Shown here: piece by piece, positions 11,055-24,589 of the stretch | Layout of the letters: every line of letters starts with the position of its first letter | How positions within the stretch are numbered: position 1 is the first letter of the stretch | DNA from: Lama glama | Taxonomy: Eukaryota | Direction: 5' to 3' | Length of the DNA stretch: 64,000 bases | Assembly (NCBI GenBank): GCA_028534125.1 | Contig: CM052817.1 | Location: forward strand, 93,312,001-93,376,000 | Translations under genes and position numbers: made by a program | Notes under the pieces: generated by a model | The model's input: the letters and a program-made list of their open reading frames with translations, nothing else | Databases searched by the model: none | What the model was told of the DNA's origin: nothing

Positions 11055-12800
11055 TTATTAGAATATAATTGACATAAACTCATGCATTTTAAGCGTGTAA
11101 TTCAGAGTTTCAGCAAATTTATAGAGTTGTGCAACCATGACCATAATCCAGTTTCAAAACATTTCCATCACCTTAAAAAAATCCCTTGTGTCTATTTGCA
11201 TTCAAACCCTAATCCCACTGCCAGCCCCGGGAAACCAACGATCTGTTTCTGTCTCTAGAGATTTTACTTTTCTACATTTTTCACATAAATGGAGTCATTC
11301 AATATGCAGTCTTTTGTGTCTAGCTTTTTTCATTTAGCATGACTTTGAAGTCATGTATGTTGTAGCATGCTCTTAGCAGTTTCTCCCTTTTTATTGTTGA
11401 ATAGTGTTCTATTGTACAGAACCACATTTTGTCTCTGCCTTCAAGTTGATGAACACTCAGGTTGCTCCATGATTTGGGCTATTCTGAATAATGCTGCTAT
11501 GAACTTTCATGCATTAGTCTTTGTGTGGATGCATGGTTTCATCTTCTTTTGGGAATACACCTAAGAGTCATACAGCAATTTTAGGTTTAAGTTTTTAAGC
11601 AACTGCCAAATTGTTTCCAAAGTGGCGGTACCATTTTACATTCCCAACAGTAGTGAATGAGGGTTCCAGATTTTCCACATTCTTGCCAATGCTTGCTGTT
11701 GTCTGACTTTCTGATTATGATGATTCTCTTGTGAGTGAAGTGGTATCTAACTGTGGTTTTAATTTGCAATCTCCTAATGACTAATGATGCTGCGTATGTT
11801 TTTGTGTGCATATAAGCCACTTATGTATTTTATTTGGCAAAATATCTATCCATATCCTCAGCCCATTTTTAAATTAGATTTTTTGTTTTATAATTATTAA
11901 ATTGAAGGTTTCTTTATATATTCTGGATACAAGTATTTCATCAGATATATGTATTTTGCATATAATTTCTTCCAATCTGTGGCCTGTCTGTTCATTTACT
12001 TAATGGTGTTTTTGATGCTTAAAATTTTATAATTTTGATTAAATCCTATTTATCAAATTGTTTATTTTATGAATCCAGATTTTTTCGGGTCATGTCTAAG
12101 AATTCTTTACCTAACTCAACTTAAAAATTTTTTCTCCTAGAAGTTTTAGTTTTAGCTCTTATATTTAGACCAATGATCCACTATGAGTTAATTTTTGTGT
12201 ATGGTATAAATTGATGTTCTAAATTCTTCTTTTTGCCTGTGAATAATTAATTGTCACAACAACTCTCCATTCTTCATTAAATTGCTTTGGCACCTTTGTC
12301 AAAAATCAGTTGAACTTAAGGATAATAGTTTATATCTGGACTCTAAATTTTGTTCCACTGATCTATCTACCTATCTATCTATATACATACATACTGATGT
12401 AAGCACTATCAGTCTTGATTATTGTGTTTTATATTAACTTTTGAAATCAATAAGTAAAATCCTTCAACTTTTTTCTTCTTCCATAAAATTGTTGTTTAGT
12501 ATTCCAGATCCTTTGCATTTCCATACAAATTTTAGGTTGAGTTTACCAATTTCGGCAAAAAAAAAAAAGGTACTGGGATTTGGATACTGATTGCATGCAT
12601 CTACAGATCAGTTTGTGGAGCATCTCTGTCTAAGCAATACTGAGCATGCTAATCTGTGAACATGGACTGTCTTTCCATTTGTTGGATCTTATTAATTTCT
12701 CTAGGCACATTTTGTGTGCTATGTGTACAATTCCTACGGTATTTTGTTACATTTAGTCTGACATAGTTATTCTTTCCGATGCTGTTGTGAATAGAATTGT
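11055..12800 (-). mobile_element. Old L1 (L1M-type), 3' end plus degraded ORF2
   Basis: ORF 11587..11820 reads LQIKTTVRYHFT...CWECKMVPPLWK, the L1 ORF2 C-terminus. An antisense L1 3'UTR pattern lies at 11055-11550. Confidence 0.88.
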
Positions 12801-14350
12801 TATCTAGTCACCACTGTATTTACCAACTTCTCAGGAATGTACTTTTTTGTCTTTTCTGGTTCAAATCAAACCAGCCTCCTCTCATTAGAGACTGCTGGTT
12901 TTCATGGCCTGCTTTGCCCTGGCAAAACTGTGCTGACAGAGCTGGGGCTGATGGGAGGAACTCTTGGCAAAAATGTCACACGGTCCAACTGACTTATCCA
13001 ATGTTCACTAGTTTTTCATAAATAAATGCTTCTGAATTTGTGTGTGGACAAATATAATTCTTAGTCCTGCAATGGTTGTTTTAGAAAGTTCTGTCCAATT
13101 GTAATGCTGCTTTTTGGAGAGAGGGTCTGCCAAGCTGCTCACCTTCCCGTTCTGGAAGTTTCACTCCCATCTGTATGAAAACTTCTGGGTTTAGACGTAG
13201 CCTAAGAACTCCCTGAGGAAAAGCACCTGCCCTCTGCGTATACCAGATGGCCTGGTAAGCTCCCCTGGTAACAGTGACGAAGGTGTCAGGTTCCCATTTT
13301 TGATACTAATCTTCACAGGAACACAGAGTGGCACTATTTTCGAGGTGTGTATATGAGCAATTTTATTCCTCTTTCTCCCAGTGAATTGCAAATTAAGCAT
13401 TAGTGTGCAGATGAAATATTGAGTTTTACAAGGATGTGTTTTTCCTTTATGTATGAGAAGCAGTTACCTTTTATTCTACCATGTATTTCTGGGCATCCTT
13501 CACACAAAATTTTAAATAATTCTACGTTTACTATAGATAAGAAAATGAATTTAGTTTGAACTTTATACTCAGTCTCTTCTCCATCTCGCTAGCATGAAAA
13601 GGGTTCTCTCTTTAGTAAAATTCTTATTTTTTTCCACTGTGATGTGAGATTTCCAATATCCTCATGCAGCCTTTAAAAGTGCTAACACCAGAACGGTTAA
13701 AATTTAGAGGACTTCTGACTGAAATGATTTGCCCATAGGATACAGTTCTTCTGTTGGAGGTCTATTCTACACACCATCACTTAATTCTTAATTATTTCTG
13801 ATATTTTGCCCATCATACACTGACCTTCAGAGCTATTTATTTAAAACTATTCTCAGAAATATCAGTCTCGGGGTAAACTGTCAAAAATAATTGAGAAAAA
13901 AGTGGTCGTCTATGCCCTTGACATAGGAACCCATCTTTTCTAAAATGTTACTGCTTTTAACAGAATTTAACATAAAGTCATCTCAAGAATTATGACACTA
14001 TTAACCAAATGATTCCAGCAAAAGTAAAAACATCCAGAGCTTTAAATTAGACAGTAGTAAAGGCAAAATGGCTTTCTCATGCCTCCTATTATTTTGAATT
14101 CCTCGTATTTCACAGGGTAGTGTCACCAAACTCACCTCACCGCAACACGATTTACAAACATCTGTGAGACTTCTAGGAGCTTTTCCCGATCTTCCCTAGT
14201 CATGTTACCGACACTTACTTCTCAGCAGAAAGGAAAAGAGAACAAAAGAAACATGTCCAAACCAAACCTTAATTCTCCTTGGCTCCTTTGTCAGGGGTTA
14301 ATTAAAAATACCTCACAAAGCTTGGTCTTTAGGAAATGGATACCACTTAC

Positions 14351-14468
14351 CGCCTTCCTGTGATCGCTGGCAAGACATCATTGGATTTGGCTTCAATTAT
14401 TTTAAATGCGACTTTCTTCAAATCTGAAATGCCAACAGCCATGTCCTCTAGCATTCCAATTTCATCAC
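14351..14468 (-). CDS. INPP4B: INPP4B internal exon (118 nt): [40 protein letters not shown]
   Basis: Acceptor cccttgtttag|GT, donor GCG|gtaagt; phase 1/2. Confidence 0.95.
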
Positions 14469-14903
14469 CTAAACAAGGGAAAGGAGCCTGGTTACAAACA
14501 CACTATTTGAAGAAAATGTCACTGGGTACCACACCTCCCTGCCGGAATGCGTTCTAACATTTCAGTGAATGAGTTTCTCAGTGCACTGAAGTCATTCTAA
14601 ATACCTTCCCTCAGAGCCTGAAGGTTTTCATCGGTGACATAAAAACCACTTCAATAGACTCCAGCAGTCTGTGTACCCTTTGAGGGAAGGAAAGAGGTAT
14701 ACCTTTTGCTGGAAGGCTAGAGAGAAGTTTTAATTCTTACACGACATAAAGCATCATGCAGATCTTTTTCCACTGGCAGGACTGACATTTGATTTCTAGA
14801 AATAATAGACATGGCTGAACTGAAGATCACTGACTCAGGCTCATGCTAGTTTCATACCTCAACACACTGAGAAAGAAGGAGATAATTAAGCAAGATTCTA
14901 GAT

Positions 14904-15223
14904 CAGTCTTGTGCAACAGAAATGTGATATGAGTCACATATATAATTGAAAATTTCCTGGTTGTCACATTTTTTTAAAGAGTACAATTTTAAAAGGTGAG
15001 ATTAACTTTAATAATCTATTTTCCTTTAGCCCAATATATCTGAAATAGCATTCAATATATGCAATTACAATATACAATTATTAATCATTCATTAATTATT
15101 CATATAAAACTCTTTTCCACTAGTCTTTGAAGCCTGGTGTGCGCGTCCAGTAACATATTGATTTGGACCAGATACATCTCAGGTGCTCAACAGCCACACC
15201 AAGCTATGCACTGAACAGGGCAG
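14904..15223. mobile_element. MER33/MER3-like hAT-Charlie element
   Basis: Characteristic internal motifs (tcaggtgctcaacagccac) and an 8-bp TSD ttctagat/ttctagac. Confidence 0.7.
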
Positions 15224-15541
15224 TTCTAGACATTAGAGAGTTGGGACTTTAAAAATCAAGTCCTTGAAGCTGTGTTGGCAAAAGCCTTTTATATTTAAAA
15301 AGCCAGATGGCTGCTCAGGACTCCACTGTGAAATAATCTAATTCCATTTTCAAAACATACTGCAGGTAAAAGCACAGCTACAAGGGGAATGAACACAAAG
15401 AATGAAAGCTACATTCTTTCTCTAACGCTTGACGTAAGGGAGGGTTACTTCTCATTTTTATGACGAACTGAAGAATCTATGCTTCCGGTATCTTTATGAA
15501 TAGGAAATTATCATTTTAACGCGGACTAAAGCAATACTCAC

Positions 15542-15665
15542 TGTATGTACTTAGCAGGCCTTCGTACTGTACTAGCAACCCCACCGTGTGAAGCTGCTCT
15601 AGGAAGCCAGGGTCATGCAAACTCGTGTGCAATTTGATGATAAAACCACAGACTAATCCAGCAAG
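15542..15665 (-). CDS. INPP4B: INPP4B internal exon (124 nt): [41 protein letters not shown]
   Basis: Acceptor tttttttttcag|CTT, donor ACA|gtgagt; phase 0/1. Confidence 0.95.
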
Positions 15666-16810
15666 CTGAAAAAAAAATTGAAATTTCTGGAGTCAGCAAA
15701 CTTTAATTGAAAAATAGTTAAGGCTTTTGAGGCACCACAGATTTAATTAGAAATTTTCCAGTATGCGTAACAAAAGTAGAACTCTTTTTATCCCCTTTGA
15801 AACCTACAGACTGCCTTTGATGGAGTTCGGCTTGGGAAAGGCAGCATTGTGAAAGGGGAAACACTGTAGATTCTGGAAGCTGCAAATCCTGTCCCTACCA
15901 CTTCTAAGCAGCAAAATCATACAATGCTGTTTAACACTCCCAAATCTTTTTCTTCTTATTATTTTCTTGTACCTGTAGAATAGAGACAATAGTCCTCATT
16001 TCACAGGGTCATTGAAGGGACACAGTGGAGAAATGTGCACAGGACAGAGCATCTTGTCTGATGCACTGTCAGCTCCATTTGTCACTGGAACATCCATGAA
16101 ACAGTCGGGGGCCAGAACAGTTTGGTTAAAATATTCCTGTTGCCTGCCATGTTTAGGAAGATAGGCTTCTGTCTCTCTCCCTCCATGTGATTGTCTATAA
16201 AACTCAATCATGGGGTGGAGGCAGAAGGGGAGAAAGAGCACAGCCTTCATGATGGAGGCCAGCCTCAGTGTTATGGGCTAGGGTTGGGTGTAGGTAGGCA
16301 AAGAAGGTGGTCCTGTCAGACCTCCCATTTAAGCCTTACTGCCCAGAAAACTTATTTTCTAAACAACAAAACAAGAGATCATTATGAGGCCCTGTCCTGG
16401 GATTCATGAGGGAGCTGTACAAATGGAGACTGCAAACAGATCCCTTTTGCAGTCAGTCCCAGCTGCCATCTGCAGTGCAAGGCAGCCACCCTTTCCCATC
16501 TGCACCCTGCCCGGTGCAGAAACCCCCAGGCACAATATAAGGACAGGACAGAGGACCTCACCCTCCAGACCCTCTGTCCTGTGAAACCGAATGGACACTT
16601 CAGAGACTTGGCCACCTCTCTGCAGAAATAAATACTTAAGTTCTCATAAACTGGCTCCTATTTATTATAAGAAAAGCTAAGTACCAAAACTTTAAGAAAA
16701 GGATATCTTAAAAAAAAAAAACACTACCAAAAGAAGACCTCTATCCTGACCAAGGATGCTATCTGACAACCCATCACTGTGCTGGGCTCACAAGAACAAG
16801 AGGCACCTAC

Positions 16811-16983
16811 TGCTTGGCTGAAGACGACGTCTCTTCTCAGCGTCAGCATCAAACACTGGGGCAGGCTGTACGCCAGCTCCTGGAGGAGCACGAACGTCAG
16901 GGACTGCTTGGCTCGATTCACCACCTCTCCCATGCAGTCCTTCAGGGTGAGGATGAGGGGATACAACTGTTCATACCAGTCCT
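16811..16983 (-). CDS. INPP4B: INPP4B internal exon (173 nt): [58 protein letters not shown]
   Basis: Acceptor cctccctgcag|AG, donor GCA|gtaggt; phase 1/0. Lies inside ORF 16724..17182. Confidence 0.96.
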
Positions 16984-17109
16984 CTGCAGGGAGGAAGGGG
17001 GCATGAGAAGAGCAGGACAGATGAAGGAATGTCTTGGAGGATAGAACCAATTCACTATTCTTTTTCAGTGAAATTTTGCACATTATTAAGGATTCACAAA
17101 GGTTAGATT

Positions 17110-18092
17110 TGGACATCTCTGATTCAGAGGTCTCCTCTGAACTCCAGGTGTCTATAACCAGCCACCCACTGGATCTCTCCACTTGGTGTATTTAACTCAT
17201 TTAGAGTAGAACTCCTCCCTCCTCTCTGCTCATCTCTAATCTCTGCACTGCCTGTATCTTAGTGGATGGCACCACCCAACACTTTCCATGCTGGAAACAA
17301 GTTCCCCTGGACTTCTTCTATAGTCTTCACACTTACTGGGTCATTAAATTAGTTCTACCACTGTAGTAAACCATCATACACTCATCTTCCCCTTGCCCTC
17401 TCCCATCAGTGTTTATCCATCTCCCTTGGACCAACTTCTGTTCCGCTCCATAACTGAATTCCCTTACCCCCACCTCCAGTCTCAACAGAGTGGCTACAGG
17501 GAGCTTTCTAATCAGTTTGGACCCCATCCCATCACTCATGCCCTCGCTTCCTTACTTAAATTATTTTAAAAACACCAAAGCATTCAGAACGAAGTCCAAA
17601 AGCATGAAAGATCCTTCATTATCTGACCTGTGCCTACTTGCCTGGTCTCATCTCTCAGGACTTCTTCACTGGCAGCCTTGAGTCCAAGGAGGACTGAACA
17701 GCATGAATTTCCCCAAATCCGTTCTGCCCTCTCATCTCAGTGTCTTTGCAAATCCTATCACCAATCCTGGAGCCCCTTCCTCTCCTTCTCTTCCTGACAA
17801 ACACTGTATCTTCTCTGCAGGCTCCATGCAGGACTTCTGTCTTCCAGGAAGTCTTCATTTCCTCCCCGACTCTGTCTCCTACCCGCATTTACTAAAGTTG
17901 GGGTCGAGCTCACGTTCTTTTGTGCTCACAGCTCCTAGCTCTTACTGTTCTAGAACTGTCCACACACTGCTCTGCAAGAAAGGAAGCTCACTGAGCACAA
18001 GGAATTCCTGTTGAAATCACTCAATCTCCAGTACCTTGCGCAGTGTCTTACATACAGCAGATATTCAATCAGTTTTTAATTGAATGAGTAAA
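17110..18092 (+). mobile_element. L2 LINE remnant
   Basis: Pyrimidine-rich L2-like body ending in cagtgtcttacatacagcagatattcaat...ttgaatgag. Confidence 0.6.
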
Positions 18093-19152
18093 GAGACAAT
18101 AAATACAGCAAAAATCTTTTAAGCTACAGACAAGTAGGAGAAAATCAAGTTTTGGACAGGATTCGGAATATGAGTAGCTTTCCTTCAAATTGGGATACAG
18201 AATTGAAAACCATCTGTGCTTTTTGTATGTCTAGATATTTAACATGTTTCAATTATACAATTATGGCTTTGGCATATGATATAGAAACAAGTTACATTCT
18301 ATTTCAGTTTATTTGGAACTCAAAGCCCTGACAAACGCCAAATATTATAAATTCCAGACTGTGTGATATTCCATTAATGTAAAAATAAATGAGCAGTAGT
18401 ATGACAAATACAAATATGCTTTGATAGAAATGAGTGCACGCTGAAAAGTTAATTACGAGTCAAGATCTGAAATGATTTGACCTTGTCAGCACGGAAGTGT
18501 AAGCATCATTGTGATGTGAATGGTCAGTACTCAGTTAAGACCCTGGAAGAGGGAACGATGAAAAGAATCGCCATCACTGTTTACCACCTCGACTGTCACT
18601 TACTTATCTTATGTTGTGGTATAATAGATCAGATGAAACAAACCAAAATGGGCGAAAGGATAATTAGTGATTCCAACTTAATAAAAAGATCGGCTCTTGT
18701 TAATACTGCGTGTAAATGCCTGCGTGATGCTATAATGCAAAATACATTAGGAACATTAGGAGTTATTATTTTTAAATATTGTAGAATGAGGTGTTAAGAT
18801 AGGAATAAAAAAAAAACACTAGAGAAAAGAGAATTCAAAGAAGGCCTATTAAGTCTGTAATCATTTAATGAAGGACTCACTTGTGGGCAGCCTAGGATGA
18901 AATACGAACAATGGTTCAGTTGAAACAAGCGTTGGATAACTATTGATTTTTATGTCATTAGTAAATGTAAGAAAGGGCGAACGGAGGTACATCAGACTTA
19001 TTTTCAGAATCAAAGACACATCAGTAGATACAACAAAGGAATACTCGATATTTCTATTTTGTTTCACATGTGCATTCTTTTATCTCCCATTTTCTCCCAC
19101 TCTTTTATTCAATTCTTGTTCTCAGTGTGAATGAGCACTCTCTCGCTCTCTA

Positions 19153-19161
19153 GCGCGCGCG

Positions 19162-19199
<38 letters not shown>
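19153..19199. repeat. (GC)n(CA)n alternating purine-pyrimidine microsatellite
   Basis: gcgcgcgcgcacgcacacaca..., 47 bp. Confidence 0.95.
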
Positions 19200-19201
<2 letters not shown>

Positions 19202-19342
19202 CAGAAGAAAAACGAACATTCCAACAAATTGACCCAGATATAGATCTTAAAAGATAACGGACTGTAAATCAAGTCTGTTTTGTGCTTAATTCTGCAGAGA
19301 TCAGTTTCTCCTTAAGAATTCTCCAACATAAAAGGAAGCTTG

Positions 19343-19361
19343 TGTGCAGCAGGTGGCGCTG
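19343..19361 (+). promoter_or_regulatory. CTCF-like binding motif
   Basis: tgtgcagcaggtggcgctg closely matches the CTCF core CCASYAGRKGGCRS, within a locally CpG-retaining stretch. Confidence 0.55.
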
Positions 19362-20548
19362 CTTTACCGGCTGAAGCAGGACTGCGCGCTCACGTACTCC
19401 AGGTAGCTGATTTACACTTTTTTTATTCACTTCCGTAGTTTCGGAATGTTGTCTAGGCACCTTGCATCCGACTCCCCTGGGGCAAGTGGTCAATAATTTG
19501 GGCAAGAGTGTAATAAAGTCCTTTCTAGTTAGAAAACAGACAATTAACTTAATTATTTTTCCCTTGGAACACACTAAGTGACAGCTCAAATTAATTACAG
19601 CTGATGGTTTTTCTTGAGGGTCTCTAAGAAAGAAATCTTCACGCATTTCTTCATTAGCAACAGGATACTTTCTTTACTCCTTTCCAAAGCTACCTTCACA
19701 CTTACTTAACCATTTGATTCTTAATCAGAAATTACACTGAGATTTAAAAAAGAGTGGTTTCTAGCCCTACTAGAATAAAACTGAGAACATGGGGAAAAAA
19801 TACACTGATATTCTAAACCTAGGAGTATTGTTAGATAACTGCCTGACACTAACAATATTCCAGTGTCCCCAGGTATAATAGCACATACCTTTTATGGCTA
19901 AAATTTAAGGAAAATGACAATGTAAAAAGACATAAATTACGAGTGAGAAAATTACAAGTTTGTGAGCAAGGTCGAATGTCATAAAGATAGTTGTAAGCTT
20001 CCTATAAAGAAACATACGTGAGCAAGCTAAAAATGCATGCTTTTTTCCTAGAAAAGAAACAATTTAAGTTCAGCAGAAAAAGGAAAACCTCACTGGCAAA
20101 TGCAAACTGTGATGACTGCAGGTTTTGTTCCCGGTTAATATTCGCTCAGTGTAAATCTCAGGTTCTAAAATAGATACAATGGAGTGTGATGGGCCAAAGA
20201 AAGGCCCAAGTCAGTTCATAAGCAGCATTTTTGCTCCAATGAGCACCCAAATCACTCTCACAGTAGAACAGCAAATCCTTTAGTTTTTCTCTTTAAAAAT
20301 ATTTTTTGGGGACAACAGCGAAAAAAAGCTGCCACTCTTTAGTCCTGAGGCCGCTGCCACTTCCTTTTCCGCTTCCTGTCTCTCCATACTTCACAACGTC
20401 CATGCTGTTTATCTTGTCCTTTTGGTCAAGCCATTTTCTGGGGGAGGAAGACGGCGGTCATTCTGCATTATCTAGCCAAAGGAAGAAATCTGGAAGCACA
20501 CACATCCACTCTGGTGAGTTCAGTTTCCTCAAGTTTCAAGGAAATTTT

Positions 20549-20622
20549 TACACACACACACATACACACATGCACACACGCACACATACATATACACACA
20601 TGCACACATGCACACACGCACA
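20549..20622. repeat. Imperfect (CA)n microsatellite
   Basis: tacacacacacacatacacacatgcacacacgcac... Confidence 0.9.
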
Positions 20623-21742
20623 CTCCTGGTGTACCCAGGGACACTGGTAGCTAAGGGCTCGCCACAACACCTCTGACAGAGGCTCACAGTCGAGCAGGCT
20701 CTTAAGTGCCCACATCGTTGATTCTATCCCCTTGGGCTCTTTTCAGTGACAGAGGAAAATACATGTTTTAGTTCTCTATAAAAACATGCTGAGAACGCCT
20801 TAACCCTGAGACCAACAAGCAGAGTCTTTCCTCAGGAACGCATGAAATGCGTGCGGCTTAGCTGAGCTTTTCCTGAGCTTTGTGACGTGTGCTGGAAGCC
20901 ATCCGAGCAGGGCCTGTTTTCCAGCCCCAGACTTGCTTCTCTAACGTATTCAAGTGAGTTCACTGAGGGATTCAGAGAGCGGCTGCCGGCGCCCCCCTCA
21001 CCTCCTCCACACACCATCTATTTCCTGTACAGGATGTTCACGTCCTCTGAGCTCAACGTCTCTTATGTGGCTCAGGAGGGAAATAAAAGAGTCAAACACC
21101 AACCAACTGGAGCAGAGCATAATGCTTTCTTTCCAATTTCTGAGCCATTTTCTTCGTAGGTGCTCGGTCTCCTTTGCTCATTTAAAATAATTAACTTCAC
21201 AGACGCTTGTAGCCATTGTTATTTCTGTTATCACAACTTTTCAGACATAGGGAAAAAAAGAAAATTGAAAGCTTGCATGCCCATGAAACTTTATGCAAAG
21301 AGATAAGAGAAGAAATGAGCCCAGCTCTCAGGACCTACCTAAGTTAAGAAGATGATGAACTGTGAAGCTGAACAATTAGAATGGTCTTTAAGGAGGAGGA
21401 TGCCATTTCCAGGATGGTGAGAGGAGCAGAGACCAGTCCCAGGGCTGGCAGGGTTTCTATACGATGCTCGGACCTCAGGTAGTACAGAACTAGCAGTGGG
21501 CTCAAGGCTGGGGGCTGGGAGTGGGGACATCACGTCCTGCCCACAGAGTCCTGGTTGGTTTTAAAGACCATCCGCTCTACATCAACTTACATATGGCTAC
21601 CTATGTGCCCCTCTGTCTTTTGGGTACAATTTTACAATGTGGACATCAGCACTTGGAGGGGTCAACTAGTGATAAGGCTTCCTTTCCAGCTACTTAATAG
21701 ATCGACTCCTTCGTATGATACACACGGCCAACTTCGATCACA

Positions 21743-21800
21743 GACCCTAGACCCTAGTCATAGACCCTAGACCCCAGTCACATCCCCTAGACCCTAGACA
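21743..21800. repeat. Short tandem repeat, about 3 copies of a ~20-bp unit built from gacccta
   Basis: accctagaccctagtcatagaccctagaccccagtcacatcccctagaccctag. Confidence 0.7.
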
Positions 21801-22116
21801 CCAGGCCACAGGAGGCCTCCAAGTATTAGCCATGTCCCAGGGATAGAGGACACAGAAAGGAGGCTGATCCAGACAACAAATGAGTAAGCAAGAGGGAAAA
21901 AAAGCACATTCTGAGGCTGGGCTGCCTAGAATGACTCCTGTAGCCACTCAGAATGTCCACTCTCAAGTCCTCCCAACTCCTCACCCATCTTTATGATCCA
22001 CCTCCTTGCTCTGGTCCAGGACTTTTTAAAAATCTGCATTTGTCTTTCTTTAGCAAATGCTAACCAGTCTTCCTTATATCAATTTCCCCTGTTTTTCATT
22101 GCCATCGTAAGAAATA

Positions 22117-22300
22117 CAGCTGTTCTTTGGTATCCATGGAGAATTGGTCCCAGGACCCCTTGTGAAAACCAACATCCACAGATGCTCAAGTCTCTTCTAT
22201 AAAATGGTACAGTACAGCCATCTCTCCCTATCTGAAGGTTCCACATCTGGGGATTCAATCAACGGTGGATGTGAAACCTGCGGATGTGCAGGGCTGACTG
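22117..22300 (+). mobile_element. MER2-like TcMar-Tigger MITE
   Basis: ta|cagctgttctttggtatccatgg...caggacccc...ccacagatgctcaagtc...gcagggctgactg; degenerate TIRs. Confidence 0.7.
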
Positions 22301-24589
22301 CATACTCACTTGTTAGCCACATAGAACCTGAGATGTGAGGTCCTATGGGTGACACTCATATTAAAACTCATGGCCCCTACCCTCAAGAAGCTTAAAATAT
22401 AGAAGAGAAAATAAGAGGTGTAAAGTAATACCTATAATATAAGGAGGGTAAGATCATTGCTATAAAAGTTGGGACAGTGACAAAACACCTCTGGGGGTGA
22501 AGAGTTTAGAGGCAAGAGATTGCATCTCTGGTGAGAAGATCATATTCATTCATGGTTGTGTGGTTCACTGAACACCTGAAGGAAGGCCCATGCAGAGGGA
22601 GTTCAGCGAAGCTGCAAGGTGCATGGGGAGTGAACATCCCCATCAAGTGAGCCTTTGCAGGAACAGAATCTGGGAGGGATGTTTGGTGTAATGAGGCTGA
22701 GTGCCGTGAAGAGAAGCTGTGAGGAGGTCAGAAGGGGGACTGGAGGGAAGAGGGAAGGGACTAGATGACTCAAGGACTTGGAAAAGGCAGGAATAAAGGG
22801 GAAATAAATGTTGAGTCTGAAACTATGGGAAAAACCAGTGGAAAACCAGGTGGGCAGTCACCATAGCAGGCATAGGGATGAGTAAGTAGCACTGGGGAGA
22901 GAAACAGGAAAGTGCAGCGTATGAGTGAGCAGAGAGCCCAAAGTTAAGCAGCAAAGCCAAATCTAGAAATAATGGGTATCAGGGACGGCAAGGTTTACGG
23001 CAGGGAGGCAGGTCACAAATGAATGCTGTACCTTCCTTTGCCTCTACCTAAGAGCAGTCTTAAAGGCTCCAAGGGTGTTCACACAAAGGACACTCCTGTA
23101 TGTTCAAATGTGATCATCCTGGTGCCCAGTGGACTATGATCCAAGGTACGTGACAATCTTGGCACCTTCCGGATGTACGCGAAATGAGTGCACTGCTCAA
23201 CTCCAGGCAAACTGTTAGGAGAAGAACAAAGGCAACTTCTTCTCATGTCAAAGGAACCTTGTTTAAGTCCAGCCGGGCGGAGAGCAGTGTCCTAAAACCT
23301 TCCAGTCCTGCTCTCAGAAAAATAGCAAAGGAAATGCATCAACTGATATCCTGGTTAAACTTTTCATTTCAAAGCACAAAGCTGAAAGCCTTAAGTAAAT
23401 TCTGCTAAGACAGTTTCCAGGAACTAAATCCATTCATCAAACAGGCTCTGTATGGGTTGTAGCACAAAAGTTTTGAACCGCGGTTATGCTGGGCGGGGAA
23501 GAGCCTCATACTCATATTCATCGGGCTTATTTTGTCTTTTGGCTTCAAAAGAACTGTAACCTCAGGACTCTGACCTATAAGTATGCTGAGCACTGAAGAC
23601 TAAGTGCGTGTGTCATAGGTCACTGGTCAACCTGAAATTGCCAATACATCTGCATCAGAGAGCTCTTGTCATTTAAATTTGGCCCAGTTTCTAAAATTGA
23701 GAAAAGTGATGAATTTGAGTTGATTGAAGCCTTATCAGAGCACAGACATCCAGAGGCCAGAAGAGGAGATACATTTCTATCCTGAAGTGAACTAGGAGAG
23801 TGCAGTAGTTTCCTAGAAAAGTTCAATATAGTGCACCCTTTAAAAAAGTTATTTCTACAACTACAACAAAGCCTCATGTACACAAATTTAACTTACAAGT
23901 GCTGAGTAAGTAGGCAAGTGACCAAACATAATGTGAAAAGTACCATTTCTCATTCTATTCAAGAATTATAAGCCCCAAAGTTCCCACGTGGGAGATATGG
24001 ATCTTTTTTCTCTGTCCATCTCAGTTTCCCTGTAGGTGTGAATATCATCAGATTTATGAGAATGCTAAATAATTTTTCAGTTGTAACTATGAATACATGG
24101 CAATTCTCAGTTTTTGCATAAGGTACGTTTCCACAGTAAACCTTTAAGAGACACCAAGGGGATTGATTTTCATGAAGTTATCTCATAATATCGCCAATTT
24201 GTGCCTGATAAAACTTAACATTTCGTTAAAAGAGTAATAGCAAAAAATTTTCTGCACAGAGTTAAGATTAGAGATGTTTTTTTCCTGGAAAGATCAGCAG
24301 TGCCACAAGCTGGGTAAGAGGGACAGGCTCTCAACTCAGACCCCAGGGCTAGAATCCAGGCGTTGCCACTGGACTAGGTGTGAAAGTGCACAGCTAACTT
24401 CAACCCTCTAATGCTTTGTCCGTTAAATGTGTAGAGTTACTCCTATGATTGTTGCAAGAATGAAATAATAAAGGCAGTATTTTAGAAACAACTTTTAGCC
24501 CAGATTAAGAAACCCCAAACTGTTAGCTACTATCTTTAAAATAGTTGAAACAAACATAATTTGCACATGGTACCCAATGTCTGTCCACT

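Noticed and set aside
16779..17044. Plus-strand ORFs overlapping INPP4B exons (also 3918-4112, 9633-9827, 14336-14557, 52692-52952)
   Set aside because: Antisense shadows of real exons, with no recognisable protein.
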